From an uncultured Polynucleobacter sp. (lineage in GTDB: Bacteria > Bdellovibrionota_B > Oligoflexia > Oligoflexales > RGVZ01): 64,000 bases of DNA. The notes under the pieces were generated by a model that did no database searches, was not told the DNA's origin, and saw nothing but the letters and a program-made list of their open reading frames with translations. The DNA lies in the NCBI GenBank assembly GCA_964402975.1, contig CAYOEM010000002.1, forward strand, positions 156,729 through 220,728, read 5' to 3'. This document shows positions 1 through 8,289 of this stretch, piece after piece; within the stretch, counting starts at the first letter, position 1, and the number at the start of each line of letters is the position of its first letter. A program made the translations under genes and the position numbers.

Positions 1-134
1 TTGAGCCGGAATATGTTTTTTTCACTTGATAAAAGGTCGGAGCGGTCGCCACTTCGACTAGGCGTCTTACAAGCTGCAACCAACGTCAGCAACAAGCAAA
101 CTGATGCCGCGCGGGAATGCCGTAAAGCGACCAC
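1..134 (-). CDS. Putative lipoprotein, 5' part only (runs off the left edge)
   Basis: The minus-strand frame is open from GTG at 134-132 (AGGAG 5 nt upstream) to the window edge. It translates MVALRHSRAASVCLLLTLVAACKTPSRSGD..., with a basic n-region, a hydrophobic core and an LVAAC lipobox. It is missing from the ORF track because it is truncated. Confidence 0.45.
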   Translation of the reverse strand, partial: MVALRHSRAASVCLLLTLVAACKTPSRSGDRSDLLSSEKNIFRL

Positions 135-289
135 TGGGACTCCTGGATAGGCAACTAGGATCGATTCTTTAAAATTCGTCTCATAACGATTTTAACCTAG
201 TTGCTTCATTTGCTCCAAGATTGGCGAACACTGAGAAGAGAACTTTTATAATAATTCAAATAAGGCAAAAAATACCGAGTAAGCCTTCA

Positions 290-1135
290 TCAGTAAGCGC
301 ATTCATTCCTGCTAGAGGTCATCCTTGTTACTTGGACGTTACTGCCCACATTGACTCCGATAACACCCGTTTCAGAGTTGGTCGTCGAAGCAACATTGAC
401 CTGGACTGAGTTGTCGGCCAACTTCGCATTGCAGGCTAAGTTGATATCAAGATCAGTTTGGACGTTAACGTTCACTTTCATGCAGTAGTAGCCATTGTTA
501 TTCATAAAGTTGTAGACCGGATTTCCCATAACATTAACTCCGGCATCGACTAGTATCAGTGCTGGGGTGGAAGTCTGTACAGTGTCGTTAATAACTGTTC
601 CAATACCATAAACACTGACGGCAGCCTTGATTCGTCTCACGTTTGTGAAGGTTCCAGTGAAGGGGACTCGTCCCCACTTTGTGATGCACTGGGCCACTTG
701 CACCTGTTCACTTGGGGTCAACCCCGGCACTGAGAAGACGGGTGAATTAGGATTGGATGGCTGACTAGGAAATGTTGGCGCGACAGGGACCGGAGTTGGG
801 CTTGGTGCCGGTGCAACAGGAACTGTCGGCACCGTCGGCGCAACCGGAGCCGGGGATGGAGCTACCTGACGCACAGGTACAGTTGCAACAACATCCGCTG
901 CCCTCGAGGGAAGCGGAGTGGTGACTGGGGTGACATCGACTCTGGATTTTTCATTGCTGCTTGAAGATGCTGGGAACGTTTGCTCTTCGGCACCTTGATC
1001 GGATGTCACTGCATCAGCCGAGGGAGCGTCGCTCACGGGGGACGCCTGCGTCAACGAGGCATCAACGAAGGAAGGGTCCTGCCCGCAGCTAGACAAAGCG
1101 GACAACAAACCGAGCACTACACATAAGTGTTTCAT
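290..1135 (-). CDS. Hypothetical lipoprotein with Pro-rich linker
   Basis: Track ORF is 290..1162. I place the start at the internal ATG (1135), which is preceded by AGAGGAG. MKHLCVVLGLLSALSSCGQDP is a signal peptide plus lipobox. A Pro/Ala/Val-rich linker follows (APSPAPVAPTVPTVPVAPAPSPTPVPVAP), then a beta-rich C-terminal domain. No family recognised. Confidence 0.7.
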   Translation of the reverse strand: MKHLCVVLGLLSALSSCGQDPSFVDASLTQASPVSDAPSADAVTSDQGAEEQTFPASSSSNEKSRVDVTPVTTPLPSRAADVVATVPVRQVAPSPAPVAPTVPTVPVAPAPSPTPVPVAPTFPSQPSNPNSPVFSVPGLTPSEQVQVAQCITKWGRVPFTGTFTNVRRIKAAVSVYGIGTVINDTVQTSTPALILVDAGVNVMGNPVYNFMNNNGYYCMKVNVNVQTDLDINLACNAKLADNSVQVNVASTTNSETGVIGVNVGSNVQVTRMTSSRNECAY

Positions 1136-1513
1136 GATAACGTCTCCTCTAAAGTCACTCACTAAAAATGGTAGACGCCAAATCCACCATCACAGCACAC
1201 GTGTGAGTCGTCGGGATATTTGTTGCGAGGACTTTAGAAAACTTAAAAAAAATTTTTTTGTCTGGCTGTTTCAATAGCTTAGATAATGAACCTCCACATC
1301 AATTGAGGCGCTGTGAAATCCCTTGTTCGGAAAGGTCAGAGGATTAAGCCTAGCTCCGCAGTGTTTTTCCTAAATTTTTAAATAATTGATTTTATTGGTT
1401 TAATTGCCATAATTTATAATGCCCTAAACTTTAAGGCGGGTGCATCCGAAGACCCGAGTGGTTATAGGCGGCTCGTATTTTCGACCGCTTCGAGCAACTT
1501 AGAGGAGGCCAAC

Positions 1514-2224
1514 ATGATTCGGAGTCATCATCGCTTTTTTGCGATTGAGTTTTGGGTAAGCTTGCAGCTCCTGGTCATGCCAATGTGGACGGCCTGCGGT
1601 CAAGATCCCGCGTTTCTCGAAACCAGCGTAGCATCTGCCGACGCTTCACAGACGGGAGATCCCTCCGACGGTTCCCAACAAGCAGATACCGATGGGCAGT
1701 CAGGAAATAATGGCAATAACGATAGCGCTAGCGGCGAAGATAGCAGTGATCCTATTTACGTTCCGCCAGCCGGCTATCCGGCTGGCACTAAGGAAAGTGA
1801 TGTTTTGGTGGAGGATGGCGGAACCTTAGTGTTGCCAGGGGTGAAGGCGGTGAAGGTAGGAGTAAATTTCGAAGACCTATCAGACTTTGACCTGAATGAT
1901 TCTGTACTTTGCTTCACTGGTGACTTCAAGATTCAAGGAGCGAATGTCGTCAGCTATAAAAAGCAGACCATTGTAGCAGCTGTGACCAACAACTCGGCTT
2001 GTGGCCATAATATTCGTATCACCATCAAAGATAGAGCGGGAACTGTCACGCAACGAATTGCCTATGACGACCGGGTCACTAAATCAGCTACCATGAATTT
2101 TGATGTGGGAAGCACCCTTTGGGTTGTAATGGAAAATCAACCAAACAGCCAAGGATGCATTGGACCGATTGCCATGAACCATACGACGAGAGCCGAAGTA
2201 AAACCAAACCTCTGCCGTAAATAG
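1514..2224 (+). CDS. Hypothetical lipoprotein
   Basis: AGAGGAGG RBS lies before the ATG. LLVMPMWTACGQDPAF is a signal peptide plus lipobox, followed by an acidic/Ser/Gly-rich linker. The C-terminal domain has an FEDLSDFDLND motif, which faintly recalls DUF4114-type FED..D.D.ND motifs (very tentative). Confidence 0.7.
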   Translation: MIRSHHRFFAIEFWVSLQLLVMPMWTACGQDPAFLETSVASADASQTGDPSDGSQQADTDGQSGNNGNNDSASGEDSSDPIYVPPAGYPAGTKESDVLVEDGGTLVLPGVKAVKVGVNFEDLSDFDLNDSVLCFTGDFKIQGANVVSYKKQTIVAAVTNNSACGHNIRITIKDRAGTVTQRIAYDDRVTKSATMNFDVGSTLWVVMENQPNSQGCIGPIAMNHTTRAEVKPNLCRK

Positions 2225-2375
2225 ACAGCAATGACTCTAAAGGGTTTGAACCCCAAAGGCTCCGTAAGGCCCGAAAAATATCGCTATTTTTTCTGCGTGC
2301 TAAAGCTTAGTGACAAAGCACAGTGTGGTTGCTAGTCTCCCTCATAGGATACATACTAAGCTTAGGAGGTCAGTC

Positions 2376-2996
2376 ATGCGTTTAATCAGATGTCTATCGT
2401 CACTCGCACTCTCAGCGATTATTTTTGGTTCATGTGGATCTAGCGGCGGTTCTGGCGGCGGAAGTGAAGGCCAGACTCCCGGCCAAAATGGACAAGACCT
2501 GGGTAATGGCACAGGAAATCAAACCCAAAACTGCGAGGCCGCTTGGACAAGCTACGTCAAAACTCATCCGACTGGTCTCAAGCTGAAATACGAATCATCC
2601 GGCTCTGGCCGTTATGAAATCTACACAAACGAAGTAACCGCCTCCAGCGACGCGGCCGTTACCGAGTCGCACCGAAGCACATCCGGCTCCAATGAGTCGA
2701 CCACGACCAAAGAGGAGTTTTTATCCCTTTGTAAGCAAGGCACACCCACGAGCACCCCTCATGGCAACATTGAAGAGACAAAGAAGACCACGATCCGCGT
2801 TCGCGCGGGGGAATTCAACACGACTTATTTAAGAATGAGAAACACCATTGACCCTGAAAATGGTGTTACGGCCGTCAGCGAAGTTTGGACGTCGGAGGGA
2901 ACCTATAATTTCCTCGTCAAACAAATCACAACGACGGAAGTTGAAGGAACTCGCTATGAAGTCAAAACTGAGTTGATCGAAGCAAGAATTCCCTGA
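2376..2996 (+). CDS. Hypothetical lipoprotein
   Basis: Track ORF is 2310..2996 (GTG start). The ATG at 2376 has a TAGGAGG RBS and gives MRLIRCLSSLALSAIIFGSCGSSGGSGGGSEG, a signal peptide, lipobox and Gly/Ser linker. A strong hairpin terminator follows. Confidence 0.7.
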   Translation: MRLIRCLSSLALSAIIFGSCGSSGGSGGGSEGQTPGQNGQDLGNGTGNQTQNCEAAWTSYVKTHPTGLKLKYESSGSGRYEIYTNEVTASSDAAVTESHRSTSGSNESTTTKEEFLSLCKQGTPTSTPHGNIEETKKTTIRVRAGEFNTTYLRMRNTIDPENGVTAVSEVWTSEGTYNFLVKQITTTEVEGTRYEVKTELIEARIP

Positions 2997-3025
2997 GATC
3001 AACCCACGTAACTAAACTTATTTGA

Positions 3026-3070
3026 CGAGGCCCTGGTATCAATTTGATACCAGGGCCTCGCTCTATTTTG
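3026..3070 (+). terminator. Rho-independent terminator
   Basis: Perfect 15-bp stem: CGAGGCCCTGGTATC (3026-3040), loop AATTT, GATACCAGGGCCTCG (3046-3060). It is followed by CTCTATTTTG, 30 nt after the stop of 2376..2996. Confidence 0.8.
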
Positions 3071-3234
3071 AGACTACTTAACTCGCCTAATCCTAGACCT
3101 CTCCTGTAACGCACTAATTTTATTGAGTAGATGATCTCTCAAGTCACACTGAATCCCTGGCACAGTCCCTGCTTAGAATTCAATGAAGACAAACCGCAGA
3201 GTTATTTCATTCATTCGCGACCGAGGGAGTTCAG

Positions 3235-3945
3235 ATGCTAAGAGAGTGGGCATATCATTTGAAAATTATTTTTCTCGTCGCCATAAGTCTGGCTTTACCT
3301 CTTTCGGCAGCCATGAGCCAAGAGCTCAGTTGGAGTACGATTCGAATCAAGGGGGAAGGGACATCGGCAGCATGCTCGCCCAGCACGGTCTCAACTGCAT
3401 ACAGTGGAAACAGTGCTGCTTTTGTTTTTACAAACTTGGGCGTAAAACTTGACGCCGCCACACCCCATCAATCGGGGGCTGAATTCGGTGCATGCCGCAT
3501 TCGCAGTCGCATGGTGATACCCCAAGGCTATTATTTATATTCGGTCTCGCAAAGCACTCAAGCCGGGGTCGTTAAGAGTGTTGGGGCAAAAGGTGTTATT
3601 CACACGATGCTTGCCCTTCAATCACCAGAGAGATTAAATGGTACGCGCACTGCCGCATTCCCGGGACTCAACAGCGAGGGTACGGTGATTGAGCGTAGCC
3701 TCAAATTCGCCCCCAAAGATGAAATGAATGAGCCACTGCTTAGCCTTAATGGAAGCTATCAGATCACGAGACAGGCCATGGCCTACCAGTGTCAATTTAC
3801 AAAGAAAGCCCCAGCATCTATTGACATGGAATTTCGGACGACCGTCCGCGGCCAACGAAAGAAACCGGGCTCAAGCGTTGTCATCTCGGTTGATAGCTCG
3901 GATGTTCAGTTATTTTTGGGGGCCAGGCTTGGAGCCTGCCCATAA
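3235..3945 (+). CDS. Hypothetical secreted protein
   Basis: GAGGGAG RBS. MLREWAYHLKIIFLVAISLALPLSAAMSQ is a signal peptide. The mature part has spaced Cys residues and the general layout of small secreted beta-sandwich proteins. Possibly DUF4360-like (low confidence). Confidence 0.6.
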   Translation: MLREWAYHLKIIFLVAISLALPLSAAMSQELSWSTIRIKGEGTSAACSPSTVSTAYSGNSAAFVFTNLGVKLDAATPHQSGAEFGACRIRSRMVIPQGYYLYSVSQSTQAGVVKSVGAKGVIHTMLALQSPERLNGTRTAAFPGLNSEGTVIERSLKFAPKDEMNEPLLSLNGSYQITRQAMAYQCQFTKKAPASIDMEFRTTVRGQRKKPGSSVVISVDSSDVQLFLGARLGACP

Positions 3946-4046
3946 GCTAGCCAGGCTTAAGTCTTGATAAAAAGCATAAGACACCGACTTCCTTTTTTTT
4001 GTATGATAAGGGTCAAATAAGCTTTTGTGTGGGAGCCGGTTGTCAG

Positions 4047-5384
4047 ATGCTTAAACTTGATCGCAAATATTTTGGCCAAGACCTCAACGCGGCAGCTGAT
4101 AAACTTTGGCCGGACGCCCTTAAAGCCCTGAACTCTTTAAAGACTAAGACCTGCCCCGGTCAGGAGTTTACGGGCTGGTTTGACTGGCCCGCGCAGCAGG
4201 GCTTAGCCTTGGCCGAAACTGTTACAGCGTGGCGTAATTCGTTAGATGTCGACTTTGACCTGATTGTGGTGATCGGTATTGGCGGGTCTTACCTTGGCAC
4301 AAGGGCGGTCTCTGATATTTCGACGCACTCTTTTGCTGCCGGTATGAAGAATCAAGCAACGATTTCCGGTAAACCGATGATCGTTTTTGCGGGTCATAAT
4401 ATGTCAGAGACAAGTCTTGGCGAGCTTCTTGATCTGATGTCTGAACGTAAACCAATCATCAACGTCATATCAAAGTCCGGAACAACCACGGAACCCGGCG
4501 TCGCGTTTCGGGTTATCAGAGCCTTTATTGAAAAAAACTACCCGAAAGATTCAACTCGTCGCATCATTGCCACCACTGACGCGCAAAAGGGAGCCCTACG
4601 ACGGCTGGCTGCTGAGTGTGGTTATAAATCATTCGACGTGCCTGACCATGTTGGGGGCCGCTATAGTGTGTTGACTGCAGTTGGACTCGTACCTCTCGTC
4701 CTACACGGGTATGACATTGCATCTCTAATGCGAGGCGCGGACCGGGTCTTTAAGGATTTATCCAAAACAGAACCGTCTGCCGAAGGGGCTATAGCCCTCC
4801 ATTATGCGCAGTGCCGGACGGCGGCTTGGAATAATGGCAAAAAAGTGGAAGTCATGGCTTATCCAGAGCCAAAGATGCGAAACATCTCGGAGTGGTGGAA
4901 GCAGCTTTTTGGAGAAAGTGACGGCAAGGACGGCAAGGGTTTATTTCCGGCAAGCATCGAATGCACAATGGACCTTCATTCGATGGGTCAATATATGCAA
5001 GAGGGCGCAAGAATTATGATGGAGACGTTTCTGGCGGTTGATCATCCCAGAAAAGTTGATATCTCACGAGAGCACAAATCAGTCACTGTCCCCAAAACCC
5101 AGTCAAATCTTGATGAGCTTCAGTATCTGGAGGGCCGGGGAGTCGATACGATAAACGATACCGCGATGCTTGCCACTCGTATGGCCCACAGCTCCGGAGG
5201 CGTGCCTTGCCTTGAACTTCGCCTACCGGATCTAACGCCAAACTCGCTCGGAGCCATGTTTGCAACCCTTGAGACCGCATGCGCCGTGGGCGGGCTCATG
5301 CTTCAGGTCAATCCCTTTAATCAGCCGGGCGTTGAGGCCTACAAACTCAAAATGTTTGAGCTACTTGGCAAGCCAAAGTCCTGA
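4047..5384 (+). CDS. pgi: Glucose-6-phosphate isomerase (short, Bacillus-type PGI)
   Basis: Motifs VIGIGGSYLGTRA, ISKSGTTTEP, DHVGGRYSVLTAVGL and QLFGESDGKDGKGLFP are present. I chose the start at MLKLDRKYF (ATG 4047), which matches the usual PGI N-terminus; the track ORF begins at 3999. Confidence 0.92.
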   Translation: MLKLDRKYFGQDLNAAADKLWPDALKALNSLKTKTCPGQEFTGWFDWPAQQGLALAETVTAWRNSLDVDFDLIVVIGIGGSYLGTRAVSDISTHSFAAGMKNQATISGKPMIVFAGHNMSETSLGELLDLMSERKPIINVISKSGTTTEPGVAFRVIRAFIEKNYPKDSTRRIIATTDAQKGALRRLAAECGYKSFDVPDHVGGRYSVLTAVGLVPLVLHGYDIASLMRGADRVFKDLSKTEPSAEGAIALHYAQCRTAAWNNGKKVEVMAYPEPKMRNISEWWKQLFGESDGKDGKGLFPASIECTMDLHSMGQYMQEGARIMMETFLAVDHPRKVDISREHKSVTVPKTQSNLDELQYLEGRGVDTINDTAMLATRMAHSSGGVPCLELRLPDLTPNSLGAMFATLETACAVGGLMLQVNPFNQPGVEAYKLKMFELLGKPKS

Positions 5385-6715
5385 ACTAAGCACTGACGAT
5401 AAAGTTCAACGCCAAATTGCTCGCGTCTGCAGTTTAGATAGCGTTCGACTCCATGCAGAGGATTACGGCACTCGGCGTATTGGTCAACGCCGTGGACTTG
5501 ATGACGACAGCTTTTGTAAGCTGCCACTCCAAAAGAAGGATGCTCGCATTGGCGACAGCCGCCAATAGGTCCTACTTGACCACAAATACCGCAATCGTGT
5601 TTGGCATGATAGCGCTCAACACCGCACGTCGGGGACCGCTGCTCCTTGTATGAATCAACGCCACAAGATTCTGACCTTGCAAGTTGGTAGCTCTCAACGC
5701 CGCACTCAGGCGAGGACGCTTCCCTGAAACGTTCAACACCGCACGATGGATCACGCCTGAAAACCATACTGGAACCTGAGACCTGTGCGGGAGACACCAC
5801 CGTGTTACAAGTAAAATTGAACTTGCCACTTCGATCAGAACCTGTGACAGCAAAAACACTATTTTCTGATTTATTAACTCTTTCCAAAGTTAAAGTCACT
5901 CCGGACCCAAGTCCAAGAACCGCAGGCAGCTCTTGTGTTGTCTTGAGATTCAGAAGGCCACTCCAATGCAACGCCACACTTGGCAAGTAATCTCGAACCA
6001 GCTCCGTCGGCTCCCAACGAATCGTTGCCGTGACAGCATGATCATTCTGCCGAGCATCACAGCGCAGCCCATAGGATTTGGCCCGAACACAGGCGTTATA
6101 CTTATCAAGGGTCACAGCTGACGCCACACTCCTAAAAGACTCGACAGCCCGCGTTTTAAAATGCTCGGCCGACTGATCGCTACAAAATACGGACCTGATC
6201 CTTTTGGTATCGGATGTAGCCATGCTGTCGTCATAATCTTGTGTCTGCGCCTGATTATAATTCAGATCAAGCTGATTTTTACCAAGCTCAGACAGAGTAT
6301 CAACGAGTAGCCCAAAACCATGACTGCGGCTTCCTCGGTACCTATGCGACTCTTTAAGCATACTGCTTAGCTGCTCGTCTCGTAGGGAGCAGAGCATGGC
6401 TTGCATTTTTTCAAGTTCACTCTCTACGCTGACGTTAACAAATATATCTTTGGGATCATTTAGCAAAATCTCAAGACATGCACCTGGCGCCCGGCCATTT
6501 TCAATCTCGGTTTGTGCCGCCACGGCAGCAGCGGCTTTCGGATCTTTTGAAATGTCATTCACCGTCTGCATTCCGCTTAGCGTGCTTCTGCTCGAAGAGG
6601 TAATACTTGGATTTCCATCACATGCGGTCACACTTAGCAGCACTGTGATGGCTATGCTTGCTTGGGTTGAAGAGAATAAACATCCAAAAACGTTGTCACT
6701 AGGCATACGCTGCAT
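5339..6715 (-). CDS. Hypothetical lipoprotein with C-terminal Cys-rich 13-residue repeats
   Basis: 458-aa ORF. The N-terminus ...IAITVLLSVTACDGNP is a signal peptide plus lipobox. The C-terminal ~125 aa are periodic G-V-(E/D)-x-Y repeats. Its 3' end overlaps the pgi 3' end by 46 nt (convergent). Confidence 0.65.
   Translation of the reverse strand: MQRMPSDNVFGCLFSSTQASIAITVLLSVTACDGNPSITSSSRSTLSGMQTVNDISKDPKAAAAVAAQTEIENGRAPGACLEILLNDPKDIFVNVSVESELEKMQAMLCSLRDEQLSSMLKESHRYRGSRSHGFGLLVDTLSELGKNQLDLNYNQAQTQDYDDSMATSDTKRIRSVFCSDQSAEHFKTRAVESFRSVASAVTLDKYNACVRAKSYGLRCDARQNDHAVTATIRWEPTELVRDYLPSVALHWSGLLNLKTTQELPAVLGLGSGVTLTLERVNKSENSVFAVTGSDRSGKFNFTCNTVVSPAQVSGSSMVFRRDPSCGVERFREASSPECGVESYQLARSESCGVDSYKEQRSPTCGVERYHAKHDCGICGQVGPIGGCRQCEHPSFGVAAYKSCRHQVHGVDQYAECRNPLHGVERYLNCRREQFGVELYRQCLVQDFGLPSSSNILSL
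5372..5743 (-). repeat. Protein-level tandem repeat, ~13-aa period ((C/F/H)-G-V-(E/D)-x-Y-x-x-C...)
   Basis: Residues ~325-448 of the 458-aa protein read: CGVERFREASSPE / CGVESYQLARSES / CGVDSYKEQRSPT / CGVERYHAKHD / (CGICGQVGPIGGCRQCEHPS) / FGVAAYKSCRHQV / HGVDQYAECRNPL / HGVERYLNCRREQ / FGVELYRQCLVQD / FG. Confidence 0.85.
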
Positions 6716-6836
6716 GAAACACTCCTTACTTGGTTAATCACGTGTGTCTACCAAACACTTTATTTGGTTCACACGCGTTTACATAACCCAGCAGGAGGTC
6801 TGATGCTTTGTCCAGAATTGCGGCAAGAAATAAATT

Positions 6837-8264
6837 CTAACGTCCAACCATATTTTGACCACAAACTCTTAGAGTTTGACCGTTGATACAAGTTGACGCG
6901 TCAGACAGTAAAAATGCGACCGCTTGCGCAACATCATCTGGTTGACCAGCTTGCTTTAGTGAATTGAAACGTCTTGCAACTTCTCTAACGGTGAGAGGCA
7001 TAGCCTCGGTCATCCTCGTCTCAATGAAACCAGGAGCCACGCAATTAAACCTCTCACGTCGGCCCTGACTTAAGAACGGAGTAAATGATTGTGCTCCACC
7101 GTAGGCCATCGCTTCGGCGTAGCCAATCAAACCAGCCTTAGCTGCTGAATAATTTGTTTGACCTGGATTACCAGCGATGCCACTCACACTTGATAAAAAG
7201 ACAAACGACGCGTCTTTGGCACAAATATAATCGTGATCTGGCCCCATCATCATATCAGTGATTGCGATCGGGATTTCAAAATTAAGTTTAAGTACAGACT
7301 CCCACTTTGAAGGGCTCATCTTAAACAGTGTTTTGTCGCGCGTAATTCCAGCGTTGTGCACGACGCCGTGAATCGGTGCCATCTCGCGTAATTTTTTAAT
7401 CGTGGTTGCTACGGCATCCGCTTGCAGAAGATCGATCAGTAGCGGCATACCGTGAATCTCCCGGGCCACAGCTTCAAGAGCCTCTATCTCTTGAGGACGA
7501 TCAAGCAAAAGCACCTTGCCGCCCTCGCTGGCAATGCGTCGTGCGATTGCTGCACCAATTCCGTGGGCAGCGCCAGTCACCAGTATTGTTTTGTCTTCCA
7601 GTAGATTTTCAAATTTTTGATTTTTTGATGGTGGTGCTCCAGGAGGTGGTTCACTGACTAATAAAACTTGGCCTGTAACAAAGCTTGAGTGATCACTTAA
7701 AAAGTATCTAACAAGCCCACTGATATCGGCATGATGAGAGGAACTTTCCCCGGGCGGCAGAACAATTAAATTAACCGTGATACCTCGACCCCCCAACTCC
7801 TTGGCAAGGCTTCTCACAAAGCCCGACAATGCCTCCTGGGCGGCAGCTGCCACAGGAAAGTTTGGCTTCTGTCTTCCGACGAGCAGAACGTGGGAACATG
7901 GGAGCAGTTTGCCCGTGACAGGATGAAAATAATCATAGAGGTTCTTTAGTTCACTTGGAGAGCTGATCTCGGTTGCGTCAAACAAAATACCGTTAAGCGC
8001 CGACTGCTCACCTGAGATCTCAGCCCCTGCGTTTAAGAGTAGGGCGGCCAGATCACCCTCCACATTTGAAGCTTCTCTTTGACCTGCCGTCATGGTCTGA
8101 ATGCCAGCTCCACCGACTGCGATCTTACGTCCACTCAATGTCACATGGGACCAAGGAGCTCGTTGCCGTTTAAGATTCTGAGGCAGAGGAATCGGGATTC
8201 CAGTTTGTTTGACCACGCTTCTGGCAAGCTGGCTTCGACTTAAAGACAAGAAGAAATCTGACAT
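6837..8264 (-). CDS. Two-domain SDR-family 3-oxoacyl-(ACP/CoA) reductase (FabG4-like)
   Basis: 475 aa. The C-terminal half is a classical SDR: ILVTGAAHGIGAAIARR (TGxxxGIG), NAGITRD, and YSAAKAGLIGY (YxxxK). The N-terminal ~200 aa form a degenerate Rossmann-like domain, as in high-molecular-weight FabG (M. tuberculosis FabG4 type). Confidence 0.8.
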   Translation of the reverse strand: MSDFFLSLSRSQLARSVVKQTGIPIPLPQNLKRQRAPWSHVTLSGRKIAVGGAGIQTMTAGQREASNVEGDLAALLLNAGAEISGEQSALNGILFDATEISSPSELKNLYDYFHPVTGKLLPCSHVLLVGRQKPNFPVAAAAQEALSGFVRSLAKELGGRGITVNLIVLPPGESSSHHADISGLVRYFLSDHSSFVTGQVLLVSEPPPGAPPSKNQKFENLLEDKTILVTGAAHGIGAAIARRIASEGGKVLLLDRPQEIEALEAVAREIHGMPLLIDLLQADAVATTIKKLREMAPIHGVVHNAGITRDKTLFKMSPSKWESVLKLNFEIPIAITDMMMGPDHDYICAKDASFVFLSSVSGIAGNPGQTNYSAAKAGLIGYAEAMAYGGAQSFTPFLSQGRRERFNCVAPGFIETRMTEAMPLTVREVARRFNSLKQAGQPDDVAQAVAFLLSDASTCINGQTLRVCGQNMVGR

Positions 8265-8289
8265 ACATGCACCTCAAAGACTTGTTAGA

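Noticed and set aside
1-220. A possible structured RNA (RNase P or tmRNA-like) at the left edge, prompted by strings such as GCCGTAAAGCGACCACTGGG and TTGAGCC.
   Set aside because: The conserved RNase P/tmRNA blocks are absent or in the wrong order. The region is better explained by a truncated minus-strand lipoprotein CDS (GTG at 134 with an AGGAG RBS and an LVAAC lipobox).
221-409. A 62-aa plus-strand ORF.
   Set aside because: It overlaps the 3' end of the 290..1135 lipoprotein gene on the opposite strand. It has no RBS or motif support.
3183-3967. Overlapping ORFs 3183..3452 (+), 3255..3461 (-), 3634..3855 (-) and 3728..3967 (+).
   Set aside because: They overlap the 3235..3945 ORF, which has a good RBS and a clear signal peptide. 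The alternatives lack both.
5260-6737. Plus-strand ORFs 5260..5568, 5453..5653, 5802..5990, 5933..6121 and 6396..6737, and minus-strand 5572..5859.
   Set aside because: They overlap the 458-aa lipoprotein ORF, whose signal peptide and 13-aa repeat periodicity support its frame. The others have no features.
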